Below, one piece after another: positions 22,899 to 36,257 of a stretch of DNA of 64,000 bases (position 1 is its first letter; the number at the start of each line of letters is the position of its first letter). The DNA is taken from the NCBI RefSeq assembly GCF_006345805.1, contig NC_042999.1:168268001-168332000 (forward strand), in the 5' to 3' direction. The notes under the pieces are model-generated. The model did not search any database. It was not told where the DNA came from and saw only the letters and a list, made by a program, of their open reading frames with translations. The DNA is from Octopus sinensis (taxonomy: Eukaryota). The translations under genes were made by a program, and so were the position numbers.

Positions 22899-24150
22899 TT
22901 GGGTCATCCCATAAATAATGTTGGTTTTTTTCAATTGAATGAACTAAAAGTCAGAAGTGAACAGGAAAGACTATCTGCATCAACTTGCGATAAAAGCAGG
23001 TAGTACTTTTACTTTGTCCTTATTCTTAGTACAAATTTTGAAGAGTGCAGTTCGATTTTAACAGCTATTTTTTCAAAGCTATAATGGAAGTGACAAAGGG
23101 GCTTATTCAGCATACTTTGCTTTATGAGTTCAATAAAAGCAACAACACGATAGAAAGTGTGAGGAATATTAATGCAATAAATGAGGATTGGACAATAAAC
23201 ATAAGTCAGTGTCAATGGTGCTTCCAGAAATTCGGAGCCAGAGACTACAGCCTAGAAGACAGGCCTCATCCCAGAAGATCTGTAGAGCTCAACAGTGGAA
23301 CAAAATCCCATCATAACTGTTGAGGAACTAGCAGAGAAGCTTGGAATCGGTCATTCAACCATTCATCAACACCTGCATGCCATCAGAAAAGTCAGCAAAT
23401 CAGGTCAATGGGTTCCTCACAAACTTTCTGAATCTAATTGCATGCAGAGAGTGAATGTGTGCTCTTCTTTGCTGTCACATCTCATGAATGAACCTTTTTT
23501 GGACCGAATAGTGACTGGTGATGAGAAATGGGTTCTCTATAAAAATGTCAAGTGCCAAAGACAGTGGGTACAGAAAGGAGAAACACTGGCACCCCAGGCT
23601 AAAGAAGGTCTTCACCCACATAATGTGTTGTTATCTGTTTGGTGGGATATGAAAGGTTTAGTCCACTTTGAACTTTTAAAATCAAACCAAACGATAACAA
23701 AGGAGAACTATGAGCACCTTGAGTCAGCACTAGAAGAAAAACGACCATCTTTGGTTTCAAAACAAAAGGTGATCTTCCATCAGGATAAGGCTTGGCCACA
23801 TACAGCGAGGATGACATTCCAAAGGCCAGAGCAGTTTCAATGGGAAATGATGTCCTACTCACCATATTTGCCACACATTGCTCCATCTGATTACCATTTG
23901 TTCCGCAGTGTTCAAAATCATTTGGACAGAAAAACATGAATTCTGTAGACGAGGTCGGAACAGTACTGAAGGAGTATTTTTCATCACCGACAAGTGAATT
24001 TTGGAAGAGGGACTTTGCAAGTCTACCAGATAGATGGAAGAGTATTGTAGAAAATGAAGGAGAGTATATTTTAGATTAAAAAAGAACTTTGTTTATCTTA
24101 ATTTTGAAAAATAAAAGAAGTATAAAAAAAACTGCATTATTTATGGGATG
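22899..24150 (+). mobile_element. mariner (DD34D) transposon, decayed
   Basis: WVPHKL, IVTGDEKWVLY, HQDKAWPH, SPYLPHIAPSDYHLF; TIRs CATCCCATAAATAATG at 22905 and CATTATTTATGGGATG ending at 24150. Confidence 0.9.
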
Positions 24151-25145
24151 TAAGTTTGTTTAGTGAGCTGGTAGAATCATTAGCATGCCAAGCAAAATGC
24201 TTAGCAGCATTTTGTATGTCTATGTTCTGAGTTCAAATTCTGCCATGGTTGACTTTGCCTTTCATCCTTTCAGGCTCAATGAAATAAGTACCAGTTGTGC
24301 ATTGGGATCAATGTAAATGACTTAACTTCTCCCCTGAACTTGTTGGCCATCTGCCAAAATTTAAAATCATTATTTAATACCAGCATCATTCCACAGTACC
24401 TGAGTTAATTTTATCAACCTCGTCCCCATCTCTAACTACCTTTAAAAAAATGTAAACTTTAGCCTCAGTTAGAAATTCATATTCTATAACAACAAGTTAG
24501 GATGGTGGTGGAACATTGAGCAAATATAATACTTAAAACATACATTATTGTAATAAGTAATGATAACAGGCGCAGTAGTGGCTGTGTGGTTGGTAAGTAA
24601 CTTGTTTACCAACCGCATGGTTCCGGGTTCAGTCCCACTGCGTGGCACCTTGGGCAAGTGTCTTCTACTATAGCCTCGGGCCGACCAAAGCCTTGTGAGT
24701 GGATTTGGTAGACGGAAACTGAAAGAAGCCTGTCGTATATATGTATATATATATGTATATGTATGTTTGTGTGCCTGTGATTGTCCCTCTAGCATTGCTT
24801 GACAACCGATACTGGTGTGTTTATGTCCCCGTTACTTAGCGGTTCGGCAAAAGAGACCAATAGAATAAGTACTGGTCTTACAAAAGAATAAGTTCTGGGG
24901 TCGAGTTGCTCGATTAAAGGTGGTGCTCCAGCATGGCCGCAGTCAAATGACTGAAACAAGTAAAGAGAGATTCATACAGCAAAGAATTTATTCACAGAAT
25001 GATACTGTAACTCAACATCTGGATCGTTTATACGCCGGACATTATTGAATAGTAAAGTGGTGAATTTCAATAAGGGTTTTATTTTATTAGAAGAATGTGT
25101 CATTCATGATTGAAGGATTTTTAAGTTCTTGTTAAGTGGTCAATT

Positions 25146-25372
25146 TAACCCTTCCGCATTCACATTACTCTGTCAAAAGTAATAACTATTTATTCATATT
25201 GTTTTAAATTAATCATGCATTATCTTATAGCTTCAAGATTTTAATGATGTGATTGTTTATTTTTAGAATAAGATTGTAGGGTAGATGTGAGAAGCCAAAT
25301 CTGACCAGTTTGAACATAAAATGGACCAAATATTTTGGCTGGATATGGCCGGTTTAAATGCTAAAGGATTAA
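25146..25372. mobile_element. piggyBac-like MITE with TTAA ends
   Basis: TTAACCC..GCATT ... AATGCTAAAGGATTAA; copy at 29086-29688 (split by a SINE, ends GGGTTAA) and inverted partial copy at 47550-47745. Confidence 0.6.
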
Positions 25373-25456
25373 AGTATTTAAGAATAAGTAACCTAACGAG
25401 ATTAGATGTTGCTGGTATTTATTAATGAATCATCAAAAAACAATTGTTTGTTTTAC

Positions 25457-25566
25457 CAAAATGGCATTTTTTTCACTAGAAAGATGATCTTTCATGACAT
25501 AAACACCTAAAGATATCAGGGATGTATCAAATGATCTAAATGTGAGTATGTAGATACAAGATAATT
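25457..25566 (-). CDS. Candidate host gene exon: (E)LSCIYILTFRSFDTSLISLGVYVMKDHLSSEKNAIL
   Basis: Acceptor gtcttacag| (alternative at 25506), donor TTG|gtaaaa; phase 1-0 bridges exon 33569-33644 to the phase-0 exons downstream. Confidence 0.4.
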
Positions 25567-25699
25567 CTGTAAGACTATCACTCTTGCTAGAGCATTTGTA
25601 AGGCTAAATCACTCATAAGGGTGTAACAGGTGGAATCTTCAGGCAAGAAAAATTTGGCAATACTAGGTTATTAAATGAATGCTGATATGTAGACGCAGG

Positions 25700-27088
25700 T
25701 ATGCCAGGGAAAAGCACCACTGATGCCATATTCCTGGTGAGACAGCTGCAGGAGAAATATCTAGCCAAAGATAAGCCCCTGTACCTGGCTTTCGTTGACA
25801 TGGAGAAAGCCTTCGACAGGGTCCCCCGATCCCTTATCTGGTGGTCAATGAGGAAACTAGGGATAGATGAATGGTTAGTGAGAGCTGTGCAAGCCATGTA
25901 CAGGGATGCTGCTAGTAAGGTGAGGGTTGGCAATGAGTACAGTGAAGAATTCTGGGTAGAGGTAGGGGTCCACCAAGGTTCAGTCCTCAGCCCCCTCCTA
26001 TTTATCATAGTCCTCCAGTCAATAACGGAGGAATTCAAGACAGGATGCCCCTGGGAGTTCCTCTATGCTGATAACCTTGCTCTAATTGCTGAATCACTAT
26101 CAGAACTGGAGGAGAAGTTTCAGGTGTGGAAACAAGGATTAGAATCGAAGGGCCTTAGAGTCAACCTAGTTAAAACCAAAGTCCTAAGTAGGAAGGTAGA
26201 CAAATCACAAACGTCTTCAGGTAGATGGCCTTGCTCGATCTGTAGAAAAGGCGTAGGTAGAAACTCTATAAGATGCACCAAGTGTAAGCTATGGACACAT
26301 AAGAGGTGAAGCAATGTCAAAGGAAGGCTAACTAGGAAAATAGTTTTTGTATGTGGCAGATGCTCAGGAACAATAAACACTGAAAATGCGCAGAGAGCAA
26401 CTTCCGCCACATTCCAGGGAGAAAAACTAGAAATAGTTGATAGCTTCCATTACCTAGGTAACCAAGTCAGTAGCAGGGGCGGGTGTGTTGAAAGTGTAAC
26501 TGCTAGAGTAAGAATAGCTTGGGCAAAGTTCAGAGAGCTCTTACCTCTGCTAGGGACAAAAGGCCTCTCGCTCAGAGTAAAAGGCTGACTGCATGACGCA
26601 TGTGTATGAACAGCCATGCTACATGGCAGTGAAACATGGGCCGTGACTGCTGAGGATATGCGTAAGCTCGCAAGAAATGGAGCCAGTATGCTCCGATCGA
26701 TGTGTAATGTCAGTGTTCATACTCGACAGAGTGTAAGTACCTTGACAGAGAAGTTGGACCTAAGAAGCATCAGTTGTGGTGTGCAAGAGAGATGTTTGCG
26801 CTGGTATGGTCATGTGGTGAGAATGGATGAAGATAGTTGTGTGAAAAAGTGCCACACCCTAGCTGTTGAGGGAACCTGTGGAAGAGGTAGACCCAGGAAA
26901 ACCTGGGATGAGGTGGTGATGCACGACCTTCGAACTTTAGGTCTCACCGAAGAAATGACTAGAGACCGAGACCTTTGGAAGTATGCTGTGCGTGAGAAGA
27001 CCCGGCAGGACAAGTGAGACCATAACCCATGGCCTCAGTCCACTTATGCATACCTTTCCTTCTTGGGACACAAAACTCTACTTGTGGG
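25700..27088 (+). mobile_element. RTE LINE fragment
   Basis: ORFs 25701-26309 and 26616-27017 with RT and PHD-like motifs; in-frame stops. Confidence 0.92.
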
Positions 27089-29749
27089 ATTCCTTGACAC
27101 TTAAACAAACATATACAAATATGCATCCGCTTTAATCTATAAGATTATACTTGGCTATTAGGTGTTGATTATTTTAATAAGTTAGATTAAAAGATAATTA
27201 TAAATCTAATGTTTATTAATATTGGAGAAAAAAACCTATCATTTATTATGAGTAGGCATAATATTCAATAACTGTGGACAAAAGTCTTATTAATTAAGTG
27301 AATATATTAGGGGTCAATGATATATATACTCTGTATTTTCTATAACTATTTAGTATATGGTTAGTCACTGTGACCATTTAGCATTGATCTAGTTTTCTTG
27401 ATACAAAATCTAATTGCCAAATGGGAGTAAACAGCCCCTAAGACAATATAACCCCCTTTCCACTTTAATTTTCTTTAGGAATAACTTCTGACATTTATTT
27501 CACGCCTACCTACTTCTATAAATAGAAAATCTCTTTTGTCTCCATTCAACAGAAGATCCCTCCCCACTTTCTAGCAGTTCAAAATAACTTAAAGAATATT
27601 CTTCAGTCAGAAGATAAATTCTCATACCTAAATGTTCTTAACATTCAAATCAACATCCCTGTCTATATATCTACCCTCTTTATGATGTTATTAATTAATA
27701 TGAAAATAAGTATATGTATTGATGGAAAACCTCTATAAACAGCTGATGATTGCTCAACATTTTAAAATTGTTGTAATACTTACAATGTTTAATAAAATGA
27801 TGTGGCGTGAAACGATCGTACCAAATCACCGAAGATATTCTTGTTGCTTATTTTGATTATAATCACCCTATGGATTTATATGGATAACATCGTACAAAAT
27901 TCTGGTGCATCTAACTTAAGTACCATATTCATTTGCATCTAAATTTTGCTGAACGTATATATATCATCATTATCATCATCATCGTTTAGCGTCCGCTTTC
28001 CATGCTGGCATGGATTGGACAGTGCAACTAGGGTCTGTGAAGCCAGAAGGCTGCACCAGGCCCAGTCTGATCTGGCAATGTTTCTACGGCTGGATGCCCT
28101 TCCTAATGCCAACCACTCCATGAGTGTAGTGGGTGCTTTTTACGTGCCACCGGCACAGCTGCCAGACGAGGCTGGCAAATGGCCACGATCGGATGGTGCT
28201 TTTTACGTGCCACCGGCACGGAAGCCAGTTGGGGTGGTGCTGGCAACGGCCACGTTCGGATGGTTCTCTTATGTGCCACCGGCACTGGTATCACAGCTAC
28301 AAATTCCATTGATGTTGATTGATTTTGATTTCACTTGCCTCAACAGGTCTTCACAAGTAGAGTATTCTTGTTAACCAGTGTTGGTGTGTTTACATCCCTG
28401 TAACTTCGCAGTTCAGCAAAAGAGACCAATATAATAAGTACTTAGCTTTAAAAAATGAGTCCTGGGGTTGATTTGTTTGACTAAAACCCTTCAAGGTGGT
28501 GCTCCAGCATGGTCACAGACAAAAGAATGAAAGAATGTTTTAATTCAGTTAAAATATAAAATTCGGGTAGAGCTGTGTTAACTAACAAGTGACTGCTGTT
28601 AACCAACTTTTGGGGAGATAAAATTGTGTTGCTCTTATCACAACTCTGCAACTGAACGCTAGACTGACTAAACCATTCCATTTAGCATCATTAACTTTAA
28701 TAAGGTGATGAGCTGGCAGAATTGTAAGCACACCAGGTAAAATGTTTAGTGGTATTTCATCCATCTTTACATTCTGAGTTCAAATTCTGCTGAGGTCGAC
28801 TTCACCTTTCATCCTTTCGGGGTCGATAAAATAAGAACAAGTTGAGCACTGGGGTCAATGTAATTGATTTACCCCACCATCCCAAATTGCTTGGCCTTGT
28901 GCCAAGATTTGAAACCAATATTAGCTTTGATGAAGGCTATCACTGTTACATAAATTACAATATCAAACAATTACAATATTAAAGAATGTATAAGGCAAAA
29001 GATGCTACAATTTTTATTTTTTTATTTTATCTAGTTTCAGCTCACGAGCTGTGGCCATGCTGGGGCACCACCAAGTCAAAATACTTAACCTTATAGCATT
29101 CAGACTACTCTGCCAAATATAATGCTTAATTATTCACATCATTTTGAATTAATCATGGCTTATCTTGTAGCTTTGAGAGTTCAATTATGACTGTTTATTT
29201 TTAGAATGACACTGAAAGGTGGGTGTGAAAGGTCAGATCTGGGTAATTTGAACATAAAGCAGGTAGAATATCTTGAATTGGATATTCCCTTTTACTCTTT
29301 TACTTGTTTCAGTCATTTGACTGCGGCCATGCTGGAGCACCGCCTTTAGTCAAGCAAATCAACCCCGGGACTTATTCTTTGTAAGGCCAGTACTTATTCT
29401 ATCGGTCTATTTTGCCGAACCGCTAAGTGACGGGGACGTAAACACACCAGCATCGGTTGTCAAGCAATGCTAGGGGGACAAACACAAACATATATATATA
29501 TATATATATACGACAGGCTTCTTTCAGTTTCCGTCTACCAAATCCCCTCACAAGGCATTGGTCAGCCCGGGGCTATAGCAGAAGACACTTGCCCAAGATG
29601 CCACGCAGTGGGACTGAACCCAGTACCATGTGGTTGGTTAGCAAGCTACTTACCACACAGCCGGCCAGTTTAAATGCTAATGGGTTAAAGTTGAAGTCCA
29701 TACAATGGAATTGTTTTATAACGGTATCCTGTGGTGTTTATTATGTGAT

Positions 29750-30230
29750 TTGCACATTCAAGAATAATGGCCCTATTTTCTCACACTTGTAACATATGGC
29801 ATTTCTTGCTGCATATTTTCTGCAGTGGTGTCTATACTCCCCACGAAAAAAAAAAATGAACTTCTGAGTATTGTAAGTCCTGAAATAGCTTTCTTTCTGG
29901 TGTCCTTCTTTGTAACAGCAGGAGTATTTACAAGGAAGGATATCCATATTACAAACACTAACATACTTTAAAGCTAAGGCTAATGCTTTGGCTTTCCTCA
30001 ATAATATACTGGTTAAAATTAATCCAGAAATAAAAGCACCCATTATCAAATTTTTCATATACAGTCCAGATGATATTGCATTAAAGTTACTTTCTTCATC
30101 CAGGAGTTTTAAGGCTTGAACAACATAATCAATGGATTCATTTGGTTGTGGTTTGTGAGTCACACATCCAGGAGTTTTAAAGCTTGAATAACATAACGGA
30201 TTCATTTGGTTGTGGTGTGTGAGTCACAAG
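29750..30230 (-). mobile_element. Gypsy-type gag remnant
   Basis: QPNESIDYVVQALKLL, AFISGL, degenerate knuckle ARNAICYKCEKIG. Confidence 0.55.
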
Positions 30231-30829
30231 ATAATGTCTCACAAAATCCTTTTTCATACTTAAATAATGCAGGTAAGGCAACAGGGTGAATCATTACTGC
30301 ACTGGACAAAATGCTTATTAACATTTCTTCTAGCTCTTAATGTATTGAGTTCAAATTCAACAAAAGTCAACTCTGCATTCTGTCCAATCGAGATTGATAA
30401 AATAAGTGCTGGAGTCAACTAGCCTCCTCCAACAAAATTTCAGGCCTTGTACCTGTATTAGGATTCTAATAATGCAAGTACACTTTAGGCAATTTATCAT
30501 ATCATCATAATTGTCATAATCTGCTATAAATACGAATATTCTGTGAAATATGGAGCTTATGATGGAATGCTGTTTATCGAAGTCAAGAATATTATTAAGA
30601 AAATGTTTGCAACATATTTAACCAGAGTTCTACATCTAAAAGCCTCAATACAATTCCTTTTTAATCTATATCTGCCTCGATAAAGAGATCAACACTAACT
30701 GAGAAAGAGTTATATTGAGCCTTTCGGGACATAGTCCATATATAATTTCGTTGAAATAAATTGCCTCAAGAAGTAACCATAAGAAATTCATAAACCAACT
30801 ACTTTATTCAACGAATAACACAATGTAAC

Positions 30830-32946
30830 AATTTTCAAAAAATTTGTTTATTGTATTGTTTTTTTGTTTATCAATCCATATTTTCTGCCGATTCCAAAAA
30901 TGAAATTAATTTTTGTGTATCATCAACAGTTAAGAAAATATGTCGACTTTCAATATTGTTATGTATTCGGTATTGTTATAATGTTCCGCTACTAAATATA
31001 TGTCTAATTTTCTCTTTCAGACCAATTACTAAGTTCTGCTACTTTCAGGATGACTACTAGAGTATCTAAAAATTCTCCAGATACATTTTGCTATGTGTGT
31101 GGTTATTATATTGGAAAAAAGCAAGTATTACATAAGATTGTGAAAGGTGCCAAATTGTGGATAGCGTACAGACTATTTCAGAATGTTCATGGGTGACTAG
31201 GACAAACCATGGGCTCCACATGTGATATGTGGAAACTGTCGATCTACTCTAGAAGGATGGTTAAGAGATACAGGTAGGTCAATGCCTTTTGCCATTCCAA
31301 GGGTATGGAGAGAGCCAAAGAACCATCACGATGACTGTTACTTTTGTATGATCGATGTGACAAAGTACAGAAAAGTGAAAGGAAGAAAGCTCTTCAGTAT
31401 CCAGACATACCATCATCTAGAGCACCTGTCCCACATGATGACAGTTTACGGGTACCACTACCACCAGAAAATATTTCATCTGAAGAGTCAACAAGTAGCA
31501 GCAGCCAAGAAATGTAGGAAGCTTTCGTACCAAGAATGAGTTCAGAGCCTTATTTTCCAAATCAGAGTGAGTTGGATGATTTAATCAGGGATCTGGGTCT
31601 TACTAAGCCAGGAGCTGAACTTCTTTCTTCAAGATTGAAGGAATGGAATCTACTGGAGAAAGGCATATCTGTACTGGAAATGCCATGAAGAATCTGAAAT
31701 TTACTATGAAAATATTAATGTGTTATTGTAAAGATGTGATTGGTTTGTTTGCTGCTATTGGACTCAAGCATGATTCTGCAACTGTTCATAGATAGCTCAA
31801 CACGAAGTCTCAAAGCAGTGTTGCTCCACAATGGAAATAAATATCCCTCTTTGCCTCTTGCACACTCCAATATCAAAGAACTTCTCGACAAAATAAATTA
31901 CACTGAGTTCAAGTGGGATGTTTGTGGTGATTTCAAGATGCTTGCCTTCTTGCTTGGCTTGCAAGGGGGATACACAAAGTATTCATGTTTCCTTTGCTTA
32001 TGGAACAGCAGAGCTGATGATCATCATTACAAGAGAGTATATTGACCCCCACGAGTGGAACTGCAGCCAGGAATGTTAAATGTTCTCAAACAGCCACTAG
32101 TAGATTCCAACAAAATCATATTACCCACACTTCATATCAAACTCGGATTGGTAAAACAGTTTGTGAAGGCCTTAGATTTTAGAGGAGAAGCTTTTCAAGA
32201 AATTTCTCTTATGTTTCCAAAGCTATCTGAGGCTAAGATCAAGGGTGGCATATTTGTTGGGCCCCAAGTAAATGCAATGTTAAAGTTGAAGAAACTGGAA
32301 AGAGCGATGATAAAAGATGAAAAAGAAGCTTGGTGTGCATTTCGTGATGTAGTTCGTGTATTCCTAGGAAATCACAAGGATCCTAATTACAAACAGCTGG
32401 TAGCAAAGCTTATTGAAAACTTCAAGAAAATGGGTCGTTGTATGTCCTTAAAGGTTCATTTTTTGCCCTCTCACCTAGATTTTTCCCCGAAAACTTGGTT
32501 GATGTCAGTGAGGAGCATGGTGAAAGATTTCATCAGGACTATGGAAAGAAGATACCAAGGACGATGGGATACTGTTATGATGGGAGATTATATATGGTCT
32601 CTAGTCAGAAGAGATGAAGGTATACACTCCAGAAAATCTCGATTGCCAAAGCACTTCTCATCTTAAGAAAAGAGTTATCAAGGCATTTACAGTGCAGAGT
32701 TTTATTGTTTCTTTTTGTTCTAACTAATATTATAATTCCTAAATACCTTTTAATATATGAAAAAGTACTAAATGTTGTGTAATTATCCTTACAATACTAG
32801 AATAGATTGAACCAACAAAGTGCTGTAAAGAAAAGTTACAAATATAACGAGCAAATATGAAATTAGGAATAAATAAATAACTATCGATGTTACGTCAAAA
32901 TGAATGTGATTTCTTAATTTAGTGGCAAAAAATGCATATATGAGCA
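30830..32946 (+). mobile_element. Chapaev3-like (CMC) DNA transposon, decayed
   Basis: DKPWAPHVIC, WREPKNHHDDCYFC, LFIDSSTRSLKAVLLHNGN, CGDFK..GLQGGYTKYSCFLC, LHIKLGLVKQFVKAL, SEEHGERFHQ, MERRYQGRW. Confidence 0.85.
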
Positions 32947-33568
32947 TTAAAAAATACAAAGGCGCAGGAGTGGCTGTGTGGTAAGTAGCTTGCTAACCAA
33001 CCACATGGTTCCGGGTTCAGTCCCACTGCGTGGCATCTTGGGCAAGTGTCTTCTGCTATAGCCCCGGGCCGACCAATGCCTTGTGTGTGGATTTGGTAGA
33101 CGGAAACTGAAAGAAGCCTGTCGTATATATATATATATGTGTGTGTATTTGTGTGTCTGTGTTTGTCCCCCTAGCATTGCTTGACAACCGATGCTGGTGT
33201 GTTTACGTCCCCGTCACTTAACGGTTCGGCAAAAGAGACTGATAGAATAAGTACTGGGCTTACAAAGAATAAAGTCCCGGGGTCGATTTGCTCGACTAAA
33301 GGCGGTGCTGCAGCATGGCCGCAGTCAAAATGACTGAAACAAGTAAAAGATTGTGTAATGTTGAGTACAGGTGAAGAAGCAGCTTGGGTAAGGGAGAGCA
33401 CTCGCTCAGTAAGTGAGATCAATTAAAAAACAGAAAAGTACAAAAAAATGCACTTTCAGAAATAAAACAAAACATTTAAATAAAGTACCAAATAAATTAA
33501 ATTGTCAACATGTGTCATAGGACTGAATAAGAAACGATTTTTTTTTTATTTTATGAATATACTATTAC

Positions 33569-33644
33569 CTAATCTGAGAGCAATATTGAGTTTATATACA
33601 AATAACAATAAAGCATTTTGCCAGCAATATATTTCCTTTCCATT
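33569..33644 (-). CDS. Host gene exon 2: NGKEIYCWQNALLLFVYKLNIALRL
   Basis: Acceptor tttatttag|, donor AG|gtaata, 76 nt, phase 0-1, open and in frame with exon 1. Confidence 0.65.
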
Positions 33645-33710
33645 CTAAATAAACACTTATCTTCATTTTTTTCATAAAAGAAACTCATAGACTTCACACA
33701 CACACACACA

Positions 33711-33764
<54 letters not shown>

Positions 33765-33950
33765 TAATAATAATAATAATATAATAATAATAATAATAAC
33801 AATGATAATAATAAATAATGATAATAATAATAATAATAATAATAATAATATAACAATAATAATAATAATAATAACAATAATAATAAATAATAATAATACA
33901 ATAATAATAATAATGATAATAATAATAATATAATAATAATAATAATAATA

Positions 33951-33988
<38 letters not shown>

Positions 33989-34050
33989 TAATAATAAATA
34001 ATAATAATAATAACAATAATAAATAATAATAATAATAATAATAACAACAG
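33711..34050. repeat. Long imperfect (AAT)n microsatellite
   Basis: Direct reading. Confidence 0.95.
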
Positions 34051-34878
34051 CAACAACACCAATTTTGTATATTCCTATTCTCTAAGTGAAACCATAAATT
34101 ACATTTCTAAATTAAGACGAATAGTTTTCAAACTCAACACACCTAATTATGTGTTGAGTGAGGTCACACTGACTGTGCTCCAGCGAATTAAATATATATA
34201 TAGTAGAATTAAATATATTTTCATGTCTTTTAATGCATTTCTATCAATATTGTTTTTAATTATCACGATTTCTCTTCTGACAAACCTTTGCAGATAAAAC
34301 CTGTTAAGCTCTTCTATAATTCAATTACGCCAAGAATGTGCAAGTGTCAATTCTTTTGATTTTCATTATAAATTAAAGAAAATGTTAGGCCACCCACCTA
34401 AGAAACGAACTGGCAGTGAATATATTACTAGAAAATAAATAATAATGATGATTTTTCAATCATTTTTCAAAATAATTATTTCGTTTTTTCTCAAAGAATC
34501 TGGAAACAGAGAAGAAATAAACTGAAAAGAAGAGACATCGATTTAAGTGGAGGTAGGCATATGCTAAAAATTCAACAGTTGCAGGGCAGGAGTGGATTCT
34601 CACAGGTAAAACTAGCAAAAATAAATTCATTTATCTTTAACAAATTTACGAGAAAAATATTTGATATTAAATTACTACAAATAAACAACAAACAGATCTT
34701 ACAGGCTGTTTGTAAGCAATTGGTTGTAAACATGCAATTAAAATGGCTTTCATTTCAGTCGCATGTTTACGATTTAAACAAAATTTGAACAGATTGACCT
34801 TACTTTATAGAATACATTCCGATGCAAGCACACAAAAACGCATAACAAACGAGAACTAAAGCAACTTTTTATACAAAC

Positions 34879-34917
34879 CTCGAAAATAACATCTTCATCG
34901 CAATCGTCTGTCGCCAT
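34879..34917 (-). CDS. Host gene first coding exon: MATDDCDEDVIFE
   Basis: GCTATGG start context, donor GAG|gtttgt, CpG-retaining unique sequence. Confidence 0.65.
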
Positions 34918-35040
34918 AGCTGCTGTCCCACAATGCTCTCTGCTGCCTTGTGGGTGTTGTGGGTTGTGGGTTGTGGGAAAGCGTCGTCTGCAACTTTGAA
35001 TTGGGTAAAGACAATTTCGGATACCGTTTCACACTCGAAC
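34918..35040 (-). promoter_or_regulatory. Putative 5' UTR/promoter with ZNF143/Staf-like sites
   Basis: TCCCACAATGC at 34926-34936 and TTCCCACAACCC on the minus strand near 34968-34979; local CpG retention. Confidence 0.4.
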
Positions 35041-35214
35041 ATCTTAATTCTTATAATCGTCCCATTATTGTTTTATTACGTAATCCCTTGGCTTATTATT
35101 ACAAGAGTGTCGTAAACATCTTTCATTCAAATATCTTCCGATAAATTAATAACGACGGTAAATATACTTAATTTGGTTTGTTAACTTAGGACAAATCAGA
35201 AGCTTATGACTTCG

Positions 35215-35455
35215 TGAATCATCACCGTAGTCGTTGTGATCAAAATAGACATCGTGATCAAGATCATAATCGTCATGGTCGTCGCCGTCGCCACCTTCAT
35301 TGCCTTTATCATCGTCGTCGTGGTCGTAGTTGTCGTCATCGGCATCATCATCATCATCATCAACGTCACGGCTGCTGCTGCCGCCAGCATCACCGCCGCT
35401 GTCATCATCGTAGTCGTTGTCATCGTCATCATCAACAACAACAACACGACCATTG
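35215..35455. repeat. Degenerate (CAT/CGT)n trinucleotide tract
   Basis: Direct reading; produces spurious low-complexity ORFs. Confidence 0.8.
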
Positions 35456-35770
35456 CCATTCTTTCTCTTGCTAATATGGGTTTGACAAACACATGTGTCT
35501 CCATTCATAATGTATTTCATGAGTTTAAAACCAGGAATTTTACAGCAATATTAAACACATGCTTATATACACGCGCGCGCACACTGCTGAATAAAAATAT
35601 ACATACTCCTATGTATTTTATACATTTTCCAACAAGCACACTCACACAGTTACTCTGTTGATATTGAAATTCCAATGAAGGAGCCTTGAATCTAGGTTAG
35701 AAACCGGCCTTTTCTCTATTAGCAAGATATCGAGAAGTAAAATTGAATAATGACATACATACATGAATAC

Positions 35771-35808
<38 letters not shown>

Positions 35809-35945
35809 GTTCCAACGAATTTTTCCACCGTCTAGGCTTAAAAAAGGCCCTTATTGTTGATTTCCTTGTCCTGTTTTATTCTTTATGTGTACTGTTTTTT
35901 CTTCATTTGTATTGCTTTTACGTCCTGTTCTTGTCACTTTTTTTT

Positions 35946-36074
35946 TTCCCCCCACTCTGCAAAAGAATTTTATTTAATTCATTTTGCAGGAAGGACTGCT
36001 TCGGCCGGATCGTGTTCTGCTCTTACCTTCGAAACACGCAATGAGTCAAACCAGGGGCAACTGATGAAGGGGAA
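35946..36074 (+). ncRNA. Putative rearranged hammerhead ribozyme in an unclassified repeat
   Basis: CGTG-UU 36011-36016, CCTTC-GAAA-CACG 36026-36038, CUGAUGA 36061-36067; same helix map as 10470-10559. Confidence 0.65.
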
Positions 36075-36257
36075 TATTCCTTGTATTGTTTGTCTTGTAC
36101 TCTGTTTTTTCGTTGTTAAAAAAAGTCTGTTTTCTTGTTTGATTTTATGTTTTCGTTTCTCGTGTTCTACGTTTATTTGTGGTGTTCTGTACTCATATAT
36201 ATATATATGCATGTATGTATATATATAGATGTAGGTATGTACATATATGTATGTATG

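Noticed and set aside
27776-27940. Perfect minus-strand gtaagt donor
   Set aside because: All three upstream frames contain stops before a credible acceptor.
33569-34062. Poly-L/I/Y ORFs
   Set aside because: Artefacts of (AAT)n; only the short spliced exon at 33569-33644 is retained.
35146-35661. Poly-D, poly-H and hydrophobic ORFs
   Set aside because: Degenerate trinucleotide repeat open in several frames; no splice or domain support.
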